Position numbers and translations under genes: made by a program. The notes under the pieces are model-generated. The model was given only the letters and a program-made list of their open reading frames with translations. It had not been told where the DNA came from and searched no databases. A stretch of 58,138 nucleotides of DNA, filler included, from Catajapyx aquilonaris (lineage: Eukaryota), in NCBI GenBank assembly GCA_000934665.2. It is 2 parts of 2 records of this genome, joined end to end, with 100 filler letters (N's around TTAATTAATTAA, not from the genome) between each part and the next. Parts side by side here need not be neighbours in the genome. Positions count along the whole stretch, not along the records: positions 1 to 29,074 come from JYFJ02004839.1; positions 29,175 to 58,138 come from KZ539230.1. One strand, given 5' to 3'. Of this stretch, positions 25,225 to 37,630 are shown in pieces (within the stretch, counting starts at the first letter, position 1; each line of letters begins with the position of its first letter).

Positions 25225-25787
25225 TGTTGAACATGACCAGGGAATTTTCATGTATTCTTACTATTCTATGGTAAATTTTTTGGAACTATTTTCTTAAGCG
25301 AATTAAACACAAATGACAAGCGTACACTACCTGAGACATGAAGACGGACCTAGGTGGGCCGCTCCTTTTCATTCTGCGGGCGTGGCCACCAGCGCAGCGC
25401 TCCACGTCAGTACCTGTAGCTCCGTAACCATTTCGTATTCCACAATTCCGTTTGTACCACTGATAGAGGATAGAGGACACTGTGAGGTGTATTTTGATAT
25501 CAATGTGATGACATTTGACTTTGGCACTTTTTTGAAGATGTCATTTGTTTGCAAAAATGTCGATTTGTGACATGAATTTGCACAGCTATCGTGAAGTGAC
25601 TATTTTTGTCGGAAAGAGGAGACAATTGCACACATGAAACATGTATTACATCATGCATTTACGTTGTGATGTAAATGTAATAGGGGGGCGCCTCTAACTG
25701 TGATCCAAGTGCAATTAGCGCCTGTAGATAGGCAACCACGCATCAGCGGACCAAATCCTTGTGGGAAAGGTCCGAACGTGACCTGGA

Positions 25788-26188
25788 CAGTACCCTGCAT
25801 TAATGGCCATGCACAGACATCGCCACCTGTCCAAGAACGAGCGGAATTAGGTGTCGGTGGACTGCGTCCAAAATACTTGGACAGCTCAAGATATCGCGGT
25901 TGATTCAAACGCTTGCTACAAAGATGGATCGCAGCGGATCACAGATATATCTGTGGGATGAATTATAAGGCCATTGCGATTCCTATCAATGTATTGAGGT
26001 TGTGAACCAATTATTACACGTACCACGTGAATGCCTGTTAATCCACCGCGATGTCTTGAGCAGCCTTGAGCGGACTCGTGAGAAGCCTTGAGCCGTCCCA
26101 AGTATTTTGGACGCAGCCAACTTCATCTACTTTCGCTCGTTCCCGCCAGATGGCGGTGTCTGTGCATTGCCATTAATGCAGGGTACTG
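25788..26188. mobile_element. hAT-like MITE
   Basis: TIR CAGTACCCTGCATTAATGGC, ~60 bp imperfect; 8-bp flanks GACCTGGA / GACCTAAA. Confidence 0.75.
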
Positions 26189-26719
26189 GACCTAAACATA
26201 TCTCACACTCATCGACGGGCAAATTTTTTCGTGCAAAAGGTGATCACGTTCACGTGGAATTGCCCAGCAGCTGTCCTCATGCATTGAAAATAGTGTCCTG
26301 CTATGACACAATGTCACTCCAGTGGCCTAAAGGCACCCCCAATTCATGAGTCTGTATAGTGGTGGATAAATGAATTATTTTCTCTACATTTTAAAAGGTC
26401 TCATGTGAACTTGAAGTTTAATAATAATATGTCACTTACACCCGCATTCTTGATAAATGGTAAGTCTTACAATCATCTAGATTAGACATACCAGTATGTT
26501 CATTTAGGGATTTGATTGGTGTTCTGTGAAAACTGGCTGTATTTTCATTATGTTAATGTCATATTTTATTGTTGTCACGGTTACCATGTAACGTGCATGT
26601 TCAGTTTGTTGTTGGAGATTTTACGCTTTTGGATTCACTCTGACTCTATAACGTAAGTTATACCCATAAGACCTCTGAAAAATGTTCAATGTAGTGTACA
26701 TAATAATGTGAGGGCTTAC

Positions 26720-26746
26720 CTGATTATCCTCGGAGGAATTTCTCAT
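26720..26746 (-). CDS. Candidate alternative/ancestral first coding exon of transporter B (MRNSSEDNQ)
   Basis: ATG...CAG|GTAAGC, a strong phase-0 donor compatible with exon 2; upstream GATA motifs at ~26832 and ~27020. Confidence 0.45.
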
Positions 26747-27749
26747 TACGTCTAATCTTCCGACAGGCAGAAATCACAATTCCACCTGCATTTATTACAC
26801 CAGAAACTTGTATGCGCCTACTACTTTCCAATCTTATCAAATATTGTCTGGTGTATTGTTTTCATGTTGCAAGCGTCAACTAAAGTGGGAGTGCAGAAAC
26901 ATCAAAGGTCATCTATAGTGAAGAAAAAAAATCGTTTCAGAGATTATATCCTGCGGGGCAAGTAGAGCACAGCGCAGGCGGGAACGTGATATGGAATACT
27001 AAAAAAAACCTAGCCTGGTCTTATCGGAACGAACTATTGAGAACTTGTCCGATGACAACCTAGCATAATCCTCAGGTTGTCAGAAATTGAGTGAAAACAA
27101 ATTAAATAGCTCAATGAGGTCAATACTTAAAGAACAAGATGATTGACACATTAAAAGTAATAATAAGGAACAAACATTTTCCGGCCAACATTTGTCCATT
27201 ACTTAAAATACATTTACAAGGTTATTAGGTATTACTTGGAAGTTCAAATCTTTCCCTTCAACGATGTAAGCGAATAATTATTTTTAATAATCGGCAGGCC
27301 CCAGGCCCCCAGCAGTGCTTGTATGAGGCCCGGGGCAGGAGTCATGTTAGAGGCCCCTTCTTATAACGACATAAAAAACACGTAACCTAAACAATAATTA
27401 CTATTGACCTTTGGCATCGAAGTCACAAACGCACTTGTTATTATGGCTTCATAGTTGGGAATGGTTGGCAAGTTAGCCGTCTAAGGCATATAATGAAGTT
27501 ACAATTGGAAATTAATTATTCTTGAATTTTCTAAAAAAACTTGCAGACTTCACAAATATACGACCACATTTCATATTAGCGATGTTTGCAGTTTTGGTTA
27601 AATTAAATAAATAAATAAATAAATAAACAAATTCCTTTAAACATGTCTGAATGTTTTTCCAATCATTTTGAGACATCATCTACACTTGTACACTGTACAG
27701 TAAGGTAAAAATAAATTCATACGCATATCATCAATATGTTCTCTGCGAA

Positions 27750-28700
27750 TCTCAGTTACCATTGTGGAATAAAGTTATAGGCCCTAGACTCCAAACATGT
27801 ATAAATACAAAGCAGTCAATGAGACGCGCCAGTATAGGTCCCGATTTCACTTGCACAGTCGAGATATGGAAAAGAGGAAAAGGGCTATAAATGCGCACAA
27901 ATATGGTGTTGGGGCATCTAGCCCCTACTATTGCAATGTCATGGCTCCTCTTGCACACGTAGCATCTTTATTAATTAGGTTTTTTCATTCCCGACAGGAG
28001 GCATTTATAATATTACACTATGGAACAAAAATCAGCATTTTTGTCCTTAGAAATTAATTGCTATTTGCATGTTCCTTAGGTCACTTGTAACTCATAATGA
28101 CATTTCATTCTCTCTGAATTTTGTGGCTGTCAAAGAATCAAAGTCATCGAAATATTGGGTACATTCTGAATCAAGTTGGCCGAAATGTTGCTCGACCCTC
28201 TCGGATTTTGGTGGAAAAAACACAGAAGTGCACACCTAATATTCCATAACGCTAAATATCAAGTTTCATCCATATTGCTCAATAGGAGATTCGCGAAATT
28301 TTGGAAAAGGCTAAACATGAGGCCTTTTTTTGGAAGGACTTTTTCGGTTAGTGGACTGTACTGTATCATACGTAGTCAACTTACGAACACCCTGTTTGTA
28401 CGCATTTTTAGCCCTTTTCCTTTTTCCCACATCTTGAGTGGTCGCATTTTCAGGGTGAGAGTGTGTGTTTGGGCAAGTCTTATCGAATCCGAGCATATTA
28501 TGGACAGGGGTCAAGGTATCGGCAGTGCCGTTTTCACAAATGGGCCAACAGGGCCCAGGGCCCCGACCGAAACAGGAGGCCCGAAATTGGCGAATTTCTA
28601 TTGGAAAAAATTGACATTTAAAACAAAGTATTGAATTATATCGATTATATTATAGGGCCCAGAGTCCCCAACCCAAAGAGGGGCCCAAAATTGTCTAATT
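27750..28700. mobile_element. Non-autonomous DNA transposon remnants
   Basis: Imperfect inverted repeat ~27860-27900 vs ~28395-28435; GGGCCC-rich MITE-like end from 28523 (CAGTGCCG). Confidence 0.4.
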
Positions 28701-29074
28701 ACACATCGCAACAAAAAAAAAATCGGCGTGTTACTCGGAAACCACTATGTAGATCATGTTAGTAGGACCCAAAGTAACTGGGAAACGCCCGGGATTTCTC
28801 TCCCAAAATGTGCAGTGGGTCAGGGTGACCCACATGGTGTTTAAAGTCAATCTTTTATAGAAACTGTGGTTTTCCAGGGTCCTTTTTATGGAAAAAAATT
28901 GGTTTTTTGGTACTTTTTCGTCAATTTTTGGGAAACAGTGTATGGACTTTTTTTTAAAAAAGGTGTAGCGTAATGAGCTCTTTAGAGACCCTACAATCAA
29001 GGAATAATAGTAGAACTTTCCTATGCAACCCTAGTACGCGTGTGCAAAAGCCTAATCTTGGGTAAAATCGCGTT

Positions 29075-29174
29075 NNNNNNNNNNNNNNNNNNNNNNNNNN
29101 NNNNNNNNNNNNNNNNNNTTAATTAATTAANNNNNNNNNNNNNNNNNNNNNNNNNNNNNNNNNNNNNNNNNNNN
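29075..29174. other. Artificial scaffold-joining spacer
   Basis: Exactly 44 N + TTAATTAATTAA (stops in all six frames) + 44 N = 100 bp. Confidence 0.92.
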
Positions 29175-29289
29175 CTCCTTGGTACTCCTTAGGTACCTTA
29201 CTCTTTGGTACTCCTTGGTACTCCTTAGGTACCTTACTCTTTGGTACTCCTTGGTACTCCTTAGGTACCTTACTCTTTGGTACTCCTTG
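29175..29289. repeat. 36-bp tandem repeat, about 3 copies
   Basis: Unit CTCCTTGGTACTCCTTAGGTACCTTACTCTTTGGTA. Confidence 0.9.
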
Positions 29290-30462
29290 AATTTGGTACT
29301 CCAGTGTACACTTTACAGTCGAGTGGTTAACCCCTTGCTAAATCATGTACCGACTTGGAGGTAGTATTTTGTGAACAAGTACCGTCTACGAGTACTGATT
29401 TGTAGACGGTGTTTGACGTCTAAGTCGGTACATAAATCGGTACATTATTTAGTGTAATTAGCTATATTAGTTTCAATAGATTAGTTATGTGTAGAAAAGG
29501 TTTGCATTTTTGAGAGCAATATTTTCGTGGAGTTTGTACTGATTTGTGTACTGACTCTAAAATGGTAGCCTACATGCTACATCACGATGTAACGTCTTGG
29601 AGGTAGCATTTTGTGAACAAGTACCGTCTACGAGTCCTGACTAGTAGACGGTATTTGACGTCGTGATGTACCATTTTCGAGTCAGTACATTTGAACGATG
29701 GGTTATCTACAAGTCAGTTCTATAGAGAGTATTTTGTGGATCACAAAATACTATCTCAGGAATCGGTACATGAATTACAGTGTATTTGGAAAATGTTATA
29801 AAATAAAATATTGTTTGCTGTAACGTAAGGCATATTTTGCAAAATAGGGTAACGGCTCATTACTATACGAGCAGTTCATATAAAAGAAAAAAACTGGTTC
29901 CAGATATAAAAGACCTAATCCCATTTCCAATAGACGTTCTCTTTTATAGAGGTTCTTCATACTTGCTCCTTTTGCTTCATACCCGTTTTCGGCATGTTTT
30001 TTCTCCGTTTTTTTTGTCGACTCCAGCATCTCAAAGAGGTATCGAAGAAACTGAAGCTCGGTGCCAAAAGTGAAGCCTGCAAAAGGAAAGCTGGGTAGGT
30101 CGAAGCCCCATTAGTGTACCCCCATTCCATCTTAAATCTCTCCTTTTTTTCTCTTTCTTTGATTTTCTTTTTTCTCATCAAAATCGAACGCCCATAGCAG
30201 TTTCCACCGCCATTTTGTCCAACCAGTTTCGTCCTGCATCACTAGCCAGGCAATATTAATATGGCGTGTAGTCGTTTCAAAAACAAAAAAAAATCTGGTT
30301 GATACGTTATATTAGACCTTGACCTATATATGCCTAGATGACTATACGTACAGGACAGTAATATTTTAGGTAGGCCTAATTATGGTAGTTCTAAAAGTTA
30401 GTTACAAAAAAATTTAACAAAATCTAATTCTGGCATATCTCGGATTTGTTTTTATTTTTACA

Positions 30463-30532
<70 letters not shown>

Positions 30533-30910
30533 GTTACTAAATGTTATAGACATTAGAAATATTATTGGAAATATCATGAGAAATAATTTGTAATTATTAT
30601 TAGAAATATTATTAAATGTCATTGGAAATATTATTTAAAAAAATTATTATTATTATCTGAAATATTATTTAAAAATTATTATTATTATCTGAAATATTAT
30701 TTAAAAATTATTATTATCTGAAATATTGTTTAAAATATTATTATCTGAAATATTATTAAAATATTATTATTGGACATATTATTAGAAATATTTAAAATAT
30801 TATTATTGGACGTATTATTAGAAATATTATTATTGGACGTATTATTAGAAATATTATTATTGGACATATTATTAGAAATATTATTATTTGAAATATTAAA
30901 AATATTGTTC
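30463..30910. repeat. (CTA)n microsatellite plus AT-rich degenerate minisatellite
   Basis: (CTA)n 30463-30530; repeats of GAAATATTATT. Confidence 0.9.
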
Positions 30911-31559
30911 ATACCTTGCTATAGATGTTCAGGTAGTAAATATTGGTAAGTAATCCATCGCCCTCGCGCCTCCCCAGAAAAAACTGGTGGAATTAACTCA
31001 GGTTCGGGCGATTAACTCTAGAGGGGGTAGGGGTGGTGAAGGTGCTGATATTGACTTGGAGATAAATTGGCGGGAGGGAAGTGATTGATTGCTTAACTTT
31101 TCAACCCCCCCTACTTTTTCGACTACCAGCTTTTCCCTCTGGAAGTTTGCAAAAGTCATCATGGTCTCTTGACTTCTTTTTTTGCAAAAAAAAAAGCCTT
31201 CAAAATTTTCGCATGTTTTGGCAACAATGTTTGCATTATTGACGAATGAAGAGACAGTTTTTTTTTCATTCTGCAGGATGAATTGAGCAGCATACAAAAT
31301 GGTGCCCCCGTGCTACTTTATTAAATGCCTAATTGCGAAATATTGACACGGCAAATTGGGAGTTACGTTCCGGACCGGTACACACCGTGTGATCCGAATT
31401 AGGCCGAATGTCATCATTGTTCCGGCCCGTCACGCTGGACGTGGGATACATTTTTTGGTACAGGTGTTGCGTCCATCCTCAAAATGTTGGGGAGAAGAGT
31501 ATAAACATTTAGGGAGATTTAGTTTCAATATCTGCCGATATTCTATAGTTGACAGCGAT

Positions 31560-32350
31560 AATTGTATAATTTACATCGATTTACTCTAGATATCTATCGA
31601 TCTTCGATACTGGACATCGATAATATTAAAAGCAATATCTATAATATCCTAAAACCTATATCGATATCCTGAAACTTGTATCGATAATATCCTGAAACCC
31701 CTCCCTAGGGAACCACCCCCTTCCCCCCCAAGAGAGCCACAGGCTCTATCACGGGGTAAATTTATAAAAAAAATCCTGAAACTTATATCGATAATATCCT
31801 GAAATTTACATATCATGATCATATCGACGATATCATGATTTTATTTCAAAAATTTCATAATTTTATACTGATAATTTCATGATTTTATACTGATAATTTC
31901 ATAACTTTATGTTGATAATATTATGGTTTCATATCGATACTATTATGATTTAATATCGATCATTTATTTTTATATCGCCATTATAATTTTATATCGATAA
32001 TATAATTTTATATCGATACTATAATTTTGCATCGGTAATATGATTTCGCATCGATAATGGTATGATTTTATATCAATATGTCATGCTTTTACATCGAATA
32101 TTTTATAATTTTATACTGACAATTTTATTTCCTTAATTCCATGATATTTGTATCAATAGTTTCATTTTATATGGTCACTACTATGATCAATATCGATGCT
32201 TGAATATTTATATCGATAATTTTTTTGAATCTACATCAATACTATGAACTACATCGATAATTTTTTTGAATCTACATCAATACTATGATCTATATCGATA
32301 ATTCTTAAAATGTATATCAATCCTATGATCGATATGTATCGATACTTCGT
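31560..32350. repeat. ATCGAT-rich degenerate repeat field
   Basis: Dense ATCGATA motifs; similar fields at 33450-34350, 53330-53820 and 54470-55480. Confidence 0.8.
31699..31772 (+). mobile_element. Extremely 5'-truncated retroposon (tail only)
   Basis: CCCCCC-AGAGCC-ACA-GGCTCT-ATCACGGGGTAA then an A-rich tail; flanked by ATCCTGAAAC direct repeats. Confidence 0.7.
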
Positions 32351-33567
32351 TGACAGACAATACCGGTATATTAAATTTTAAATGACTATTATTCGAGCGA
32401 ATTCGCTACATTTCAGCGAGGCGGGCAGAAATCAACGCTGCGAGAATTTGCTTCTCGCTAAAATAGTTTGTCACTTGCAGACTGACGAACTTTTTTTTTT
32501 TACCAAAAATTAGTCAACGGTGTTAACTAAACACCCAGTAACACCACCACCCCCCCCCCCCCACCAAACCTTCTCATCAAAACATAAACACTACTTCTCG
32601 CCTGTAGCAAGACCCAACTAATGAACCCTAGCCTTCAACCCGACCCCTTTTATCCCTCAGGATCCGGGGGCAGGTTGCACCCGGATAACTGATGGCGTTG
32701 GGCATGACGTGTGTGTGTGCTTTGATGATGNCCCCCCTTCCCCACCCTATACCCTCCTCTCATTATGGCGGATGACATTCCCCCTAATCAGTCTATGCCT
32801 CCGCTACGTGACGCCACCATCACATCCGCCATTTTTAAGCCTTCAAAAAATCACTGCAAATGAGTTTTCTTTGCCGCGTCATTTTGGATGCGCCCCTAAA
32901 TTATCTGTACCGTTTGCATTTGTAATCATTTCGACAATGCTAACAGGTAAACCAGGTCGCAGATAAATCGTTAGAGAATGCGCCGTGTCTCGCTAGTTTG
33001 ATGTCCTGGACAAATAGGTGGAGCCTAGCTCGTAATGAACGCATGGATAGCTTTAAAGACTTTTTTTTTTGCATAGTGTCCAACCTCCCCCTCTGGAGGT
33101 ACATCGAATTCAAACATTGTCGCAATTTGCATCGGAGAACGGAATAATGACGCCAGAGCGCGTTTACAGGGAAAGTCTATAGTCTAGGTGAGTCTATAGC
33201 ATAATGGTGAAGTAGGGCAATTGACTTAACTCAAAAAGGGGGGGCGGGGCGGGGAAAAGGGCGAGCGTGACAGTAAGATGTCCTTGGTTTAATCAGAAGT
33301 AATGGTCAATTTCGATATTTCGATTTTAATTGTAGGTCATAGTTTTTGTGGTGATGCAATTGCTCCGATGGGCTTAAATCGTAGTTATGCTGATGATTCA
33401 TTGTTTCTGAATTGTCTGGTGCAGAATGGCAGTAATTTTCATGATTTCTGTATTATACTTCGAAATAATCGATACATTTGGAGACTTTTTAATATACTCT
33501 ATGTATTCGATGCTTGTGATATAAATTATGTTGATGTTTACCGATATGATTGTAAATATTTCAATAT

Positions 33568-33730
33568 TTATCGATGTGTAAATATTTCAATATTTATCGA
33601 TGTGTAAATATTTCAATATTTATCGATGTGTAAATATTTCAATATTTATCGATGTGTAAATATTTCAATATTCATCGATGTGTAAATATTTCAATATTTA
33701 TCGATGTGTAAATATTTCAGTATTTATCGA
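33568..33730. repeat. 26-bp minisatellite
   Basis: ATCGATGTGTAAATATTTCAATATTT, about 6 copies. Confidence 0.9.
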
Positions 33731-35304
33731 AGTGCAAATTATTTATCGATATGTCAATATTTCAGTATTTATCGATATGTCAATATTTAGATGATTATCG
33801 ATCTGTAAATATTTCCATGTTTATCGATGCTTCTCGATATTTCGACATTATTGTATCGAAAGGTGTGAAGAAATCGATGAATTTCGAAATATTTCACACG
33901 TAATAATGGATAACAATTTATCTGTAAATATTTCAATATTTATCAATAGGTGTGGACTACTTCGATATTATACCATATGTGCTACATTTTTCGTTTATCA
34001 ACCGATATATCGATTGCGGACATTTCAGGCTCGAATTCGACACATTTCGATACTATTTAATATAATCGATGTATTTCGATGCTTGCACCATATATTAATA
34101 TTTACAGACATGCGTAAAATATTTTAATATTTACAGACATGTGTAACATATTTTGATATCTACAGACATGCGTAAAATATTAAAATATTTACCGACATGT
34201 GTAACATATTTCGATATAGTGATACCGGTACATGTAAAATATTTCGATATTTGCTGATATTTATCGATAGGTGGAATCGACATGAGTGGAAAATTTCGAT
34301 ATTATTTGATATGTGCGATATTTTCCATTTATCGGCTGATATATCGATTCTGGACATTCAGACCCAAATTTCAAACGAATTTTCAGAATATTTTTCATTG
34401 TCCCATTTTTTTTTTTTTTTTGCAGATATCACATTTCCAGCTACCTGCACAGTCTCCCCCTGATCCTGGCTCAGCCTTTTCAATACGTTCCACACTAGAT
34501 CTGTCACACACATCCCATTCAAAATGTCCATCCTAAATGACCAACCCTCGAATCGGATCAATCACTTATGAAACCATCACTGCATGATCCTCTGACCCAG
34601 TTACAAACACCATTCAATGGTACTTTTATACACACCACATCCTGCAAAAACTAGATCCGTAATAAATCCACCAACCAATGACCGTGCACTGTATTTTTAA
34701 AAAAATGGCGGGCATTTTCCTCCCCACAAAGTCAATGTTTCAAGCCCAGAAATATATATTTTTTTTGAGTTTAATATCCCCTTACCCGCCATCACCTTTT
34801 AACGCCCCGCTTTCCTCCACACCTTCTAAAGAAGAAAAAAAGTTCTCGCTCCAGCTTTTTTTTTGTCGCTCGCTTTTTTTTTTCTTTCTCTCGCTCGATT
34901 TCTTCTAGGAGAAGCAAAAGAATCGGAACGGGGAGAGTTAATTTCTTCCGGCGTCGTTGCAGCACGTGCGGATGACGGGTCTTCTGGAAGTGTCGCTAAT
35001 GTCTCCCCACCTCCCCCTTCCCACTTTTTTAGGGGGAAGGAGGGGGAAAAATGAGGTGGGGAGCTTTCTTGTAGGAGATGGATTGGAGGAGGTGGGGTGA
35101 GACTTTTCTTTCTCCTTGAGGATTGCCCAGGACGTACCATCAAGTTGGTCTTGGGATCAAGGGAGATCCAGGGTGATGAATCCAGGGATTACTTTTCCAG
35201 CGTTTTTCGTTATTATTAGTTCGACGTTATGGCCTGACCTCTAGATGGCAGCAGTAGGCAAGGACCAGTAGGCTAGATGGCGTAGTAACATGTTTAGTAG
35301 ACTA

Positions 35305-35471
35305 GCCTCGTACCAGACTGTCTCACGACTAAGCAAGCCTTGCACCAGGCTGTCTCACAGCTAGTGATACAAGCAAGTGTCCCATCAGGCTGTCTTCCAA
35401 CTGCAAGCCTCGCGACAGGCTGTGTCACGACTAACTATCCAAGCAAGCCTAGTGCCAGGCTGTCTCACGAC

Positions 35472-35541
<70 letters not shown>

Positions 35542-35822
35542 CTACTTACCACCACCCCGCGAGGCATATTACATCTTACTGTCCACGACTAGTTAAGCAA
35601 GCCTCGTACCAGGCTCCTCCTCGACTTAACAAACTTCGTACCAGGCTGTCCCACGACTAGATATACAAAGAAGCCTCGTACCAGACTGTCCCACGTCTAA
35701 GCAAGCCTCGTACGAGGCTGTCCCACGACTAAGCAAGCCTCGTACCAGGCTGTCCCACGACTAAGCAAGCCTCGTACCAGGCTGTCTCACGACTAGCTAC
35801 ACAAACAAGCTTAGCACCAGGC
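35305..35822. repeat. ~32-bp minisatellite interrupted by (AAT)n
   Basis: AAGCAAGCCTCGTACCAGGCTGTCCCACGACT units. Confidence 0.9.
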
Positions 35823-36269
35823 TAGATATAAATGTAAAGCTCACTTCAGGTCCACCACCGACACTGCCATCTAGTGAATGGCACAAAATTAAAATTTAAC
35901 AAACAAACCAGAATATTTTGTCGAGATTTAAAAAATTAATATGGTGTCCACAAGTAGTCAAGGCTAGATGGCGCTACCTGCGAGGCCCAGTTTAACAAGT
36001 TTAGAGTCGCGATTAAAATTGACGACTCATGCAAGTGTGTACAGTGCAAGGGATAGGATAATAACCGTGCAACATGTGCAGCGTAATTTGTCCGGTGCAT
36101 TTTCCTGCAGGGAGTACTTGCTCTAGTCGCAGTTTTAATTCCAAGCCACCCAGTACCCGCAAGGGTACAATATGCCCCGCCAAAACACACACAAACATCT
36201 GGTTATGCATGACAAAAAATGGAATCGTACAAGTTTGCTCAAGGACAGTTTTGAGGGACAAATCTATTG

Positions 36270-37630
36270 GACATGAATTCCACCGGACAAAATTCCGTCG
36301 CAAGGATTATTCGGACCGAAGACCGAGAATTGAGACAGAATTCTATTTGACTATGAATATGACAGAATTCCGTGGGACAAATAATATGGACAGAATTCGT
36401 TGGACTAAAAATGCGGCAGAATTCCGCAGGGGATAAAAATTGGACAAGATTTCGTGGAATTCTGATAAGAATTCAGTCCGGTATATTGGGGACAAAATTT
36501 CGTCAGACAACAGAGACATAATTTTGTGGGACAGAATTCTGTCGGAAAAATACAGGGGACAATATTCCGTCGGAAGAATTATTCGGACATAATTCCGGAA
36601 AAAAGAAGTGATGAAACAGAATTCAGTTGGACAAAAATTGGGACAGAATTTTCTCGGACAACAAATCGGAAGAAAAATCAACAATTTGACTATGAATGGG
36701 GACAGAATTCCGCGGGACAAAGAATATGGACAAAATTAAAATGGGACAAAATTCCGTCGCATAAAGATTTCTGAAAAGAATTCCAATAATTTGGGACAAC
36801 ATTTATATAGACAAAAATTCAGTTAGACAAATATTGGAGCATAATTTCGTGGGACAGAATTCTGTCTGACAAAATATGTGAGACCAAAGTCAGGAGGATG
36901 AAATATTTCAACAGAATTCTTGAAGACAAAAATTGAGACAGAATTTGGTTAGGCTGCGGTTGGGCAAAAGTTGGGACAAAAATTTGAACAAAATTCCATC
37001 AGAATTTTGTCGAATAAAAATTTCGAATAAGATTTCCGTCCGGCAATGATTTGGGACAAAATTTCGTTGGACACAATTATGTCGGACAAATATACGGGTC
37101 GAATAAAATATTCGGACAGAATTTCGCAGGACCAAAAATTGGAACAAAATTCCACCTAACTGACTAGGACAGCCTCCCGTGGGACAAGCAATATGAATAA
37201 ACTTGTATCTGACTATGAATGGGACAGAATTCTGTGGGACTAAAAATGGGACAGAATGCCGTCGAAGAAAAATGGGACAGAATTCCATAAGACAAATAAT
37301 ACGAACAAAATTCCTTTGGACAAAGGCTATGGACAAACTTCGTTGTATAAAAATGGGACAGAATTCCGTCGAACAAAAATGGGACAGAATTTCGTCGGAC
37401 AAAAATGATACAGAATTCCGCCAGACAAAAATGATACAGAATTCCGCCAGACAAAAATGGGACAGAATTTCGTCGGACAAAAATGATACAGAATTCCGCC
37501 GGACAAAAATGGGTCATAATCTCGTCTGACAAAAATGATACAGAATTCCGCCAGACAAAAATGGGACAGAATTTCGTCGGACAAAAATGATACAGAATTC
37601 CGCCAGACAAAAATGGGACAGAATTCCTTC
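36270..37630. repeat. Degenerate ~29-bp repeat field
   Basis: GACAGAATTCCGTCGGACAAAAATG motif; most homogeneous at 37355-37625. Confidence 0.9.

Larger units (their letters stand above)
21279..25699. mobile_element. DNA transposon complex with ~350-bp terminal inverted repeats (21279-21630 / 25345-25699)
   Basis: Long inverted arms beginning AGTTAGAGGCGCCCCC; related internal copies at 22440-22550 (inverted relative to 21670-21772) and 22885-23130; no clear TSD. Confidence 0.7.

Noticed and set aside
24239..25274. Multiple overlapping ORFs in the GC-rich block
   Set aside because: Shadow frames of the LINE; only the minus-strand RNase H/Zn-finger frame has motifs.
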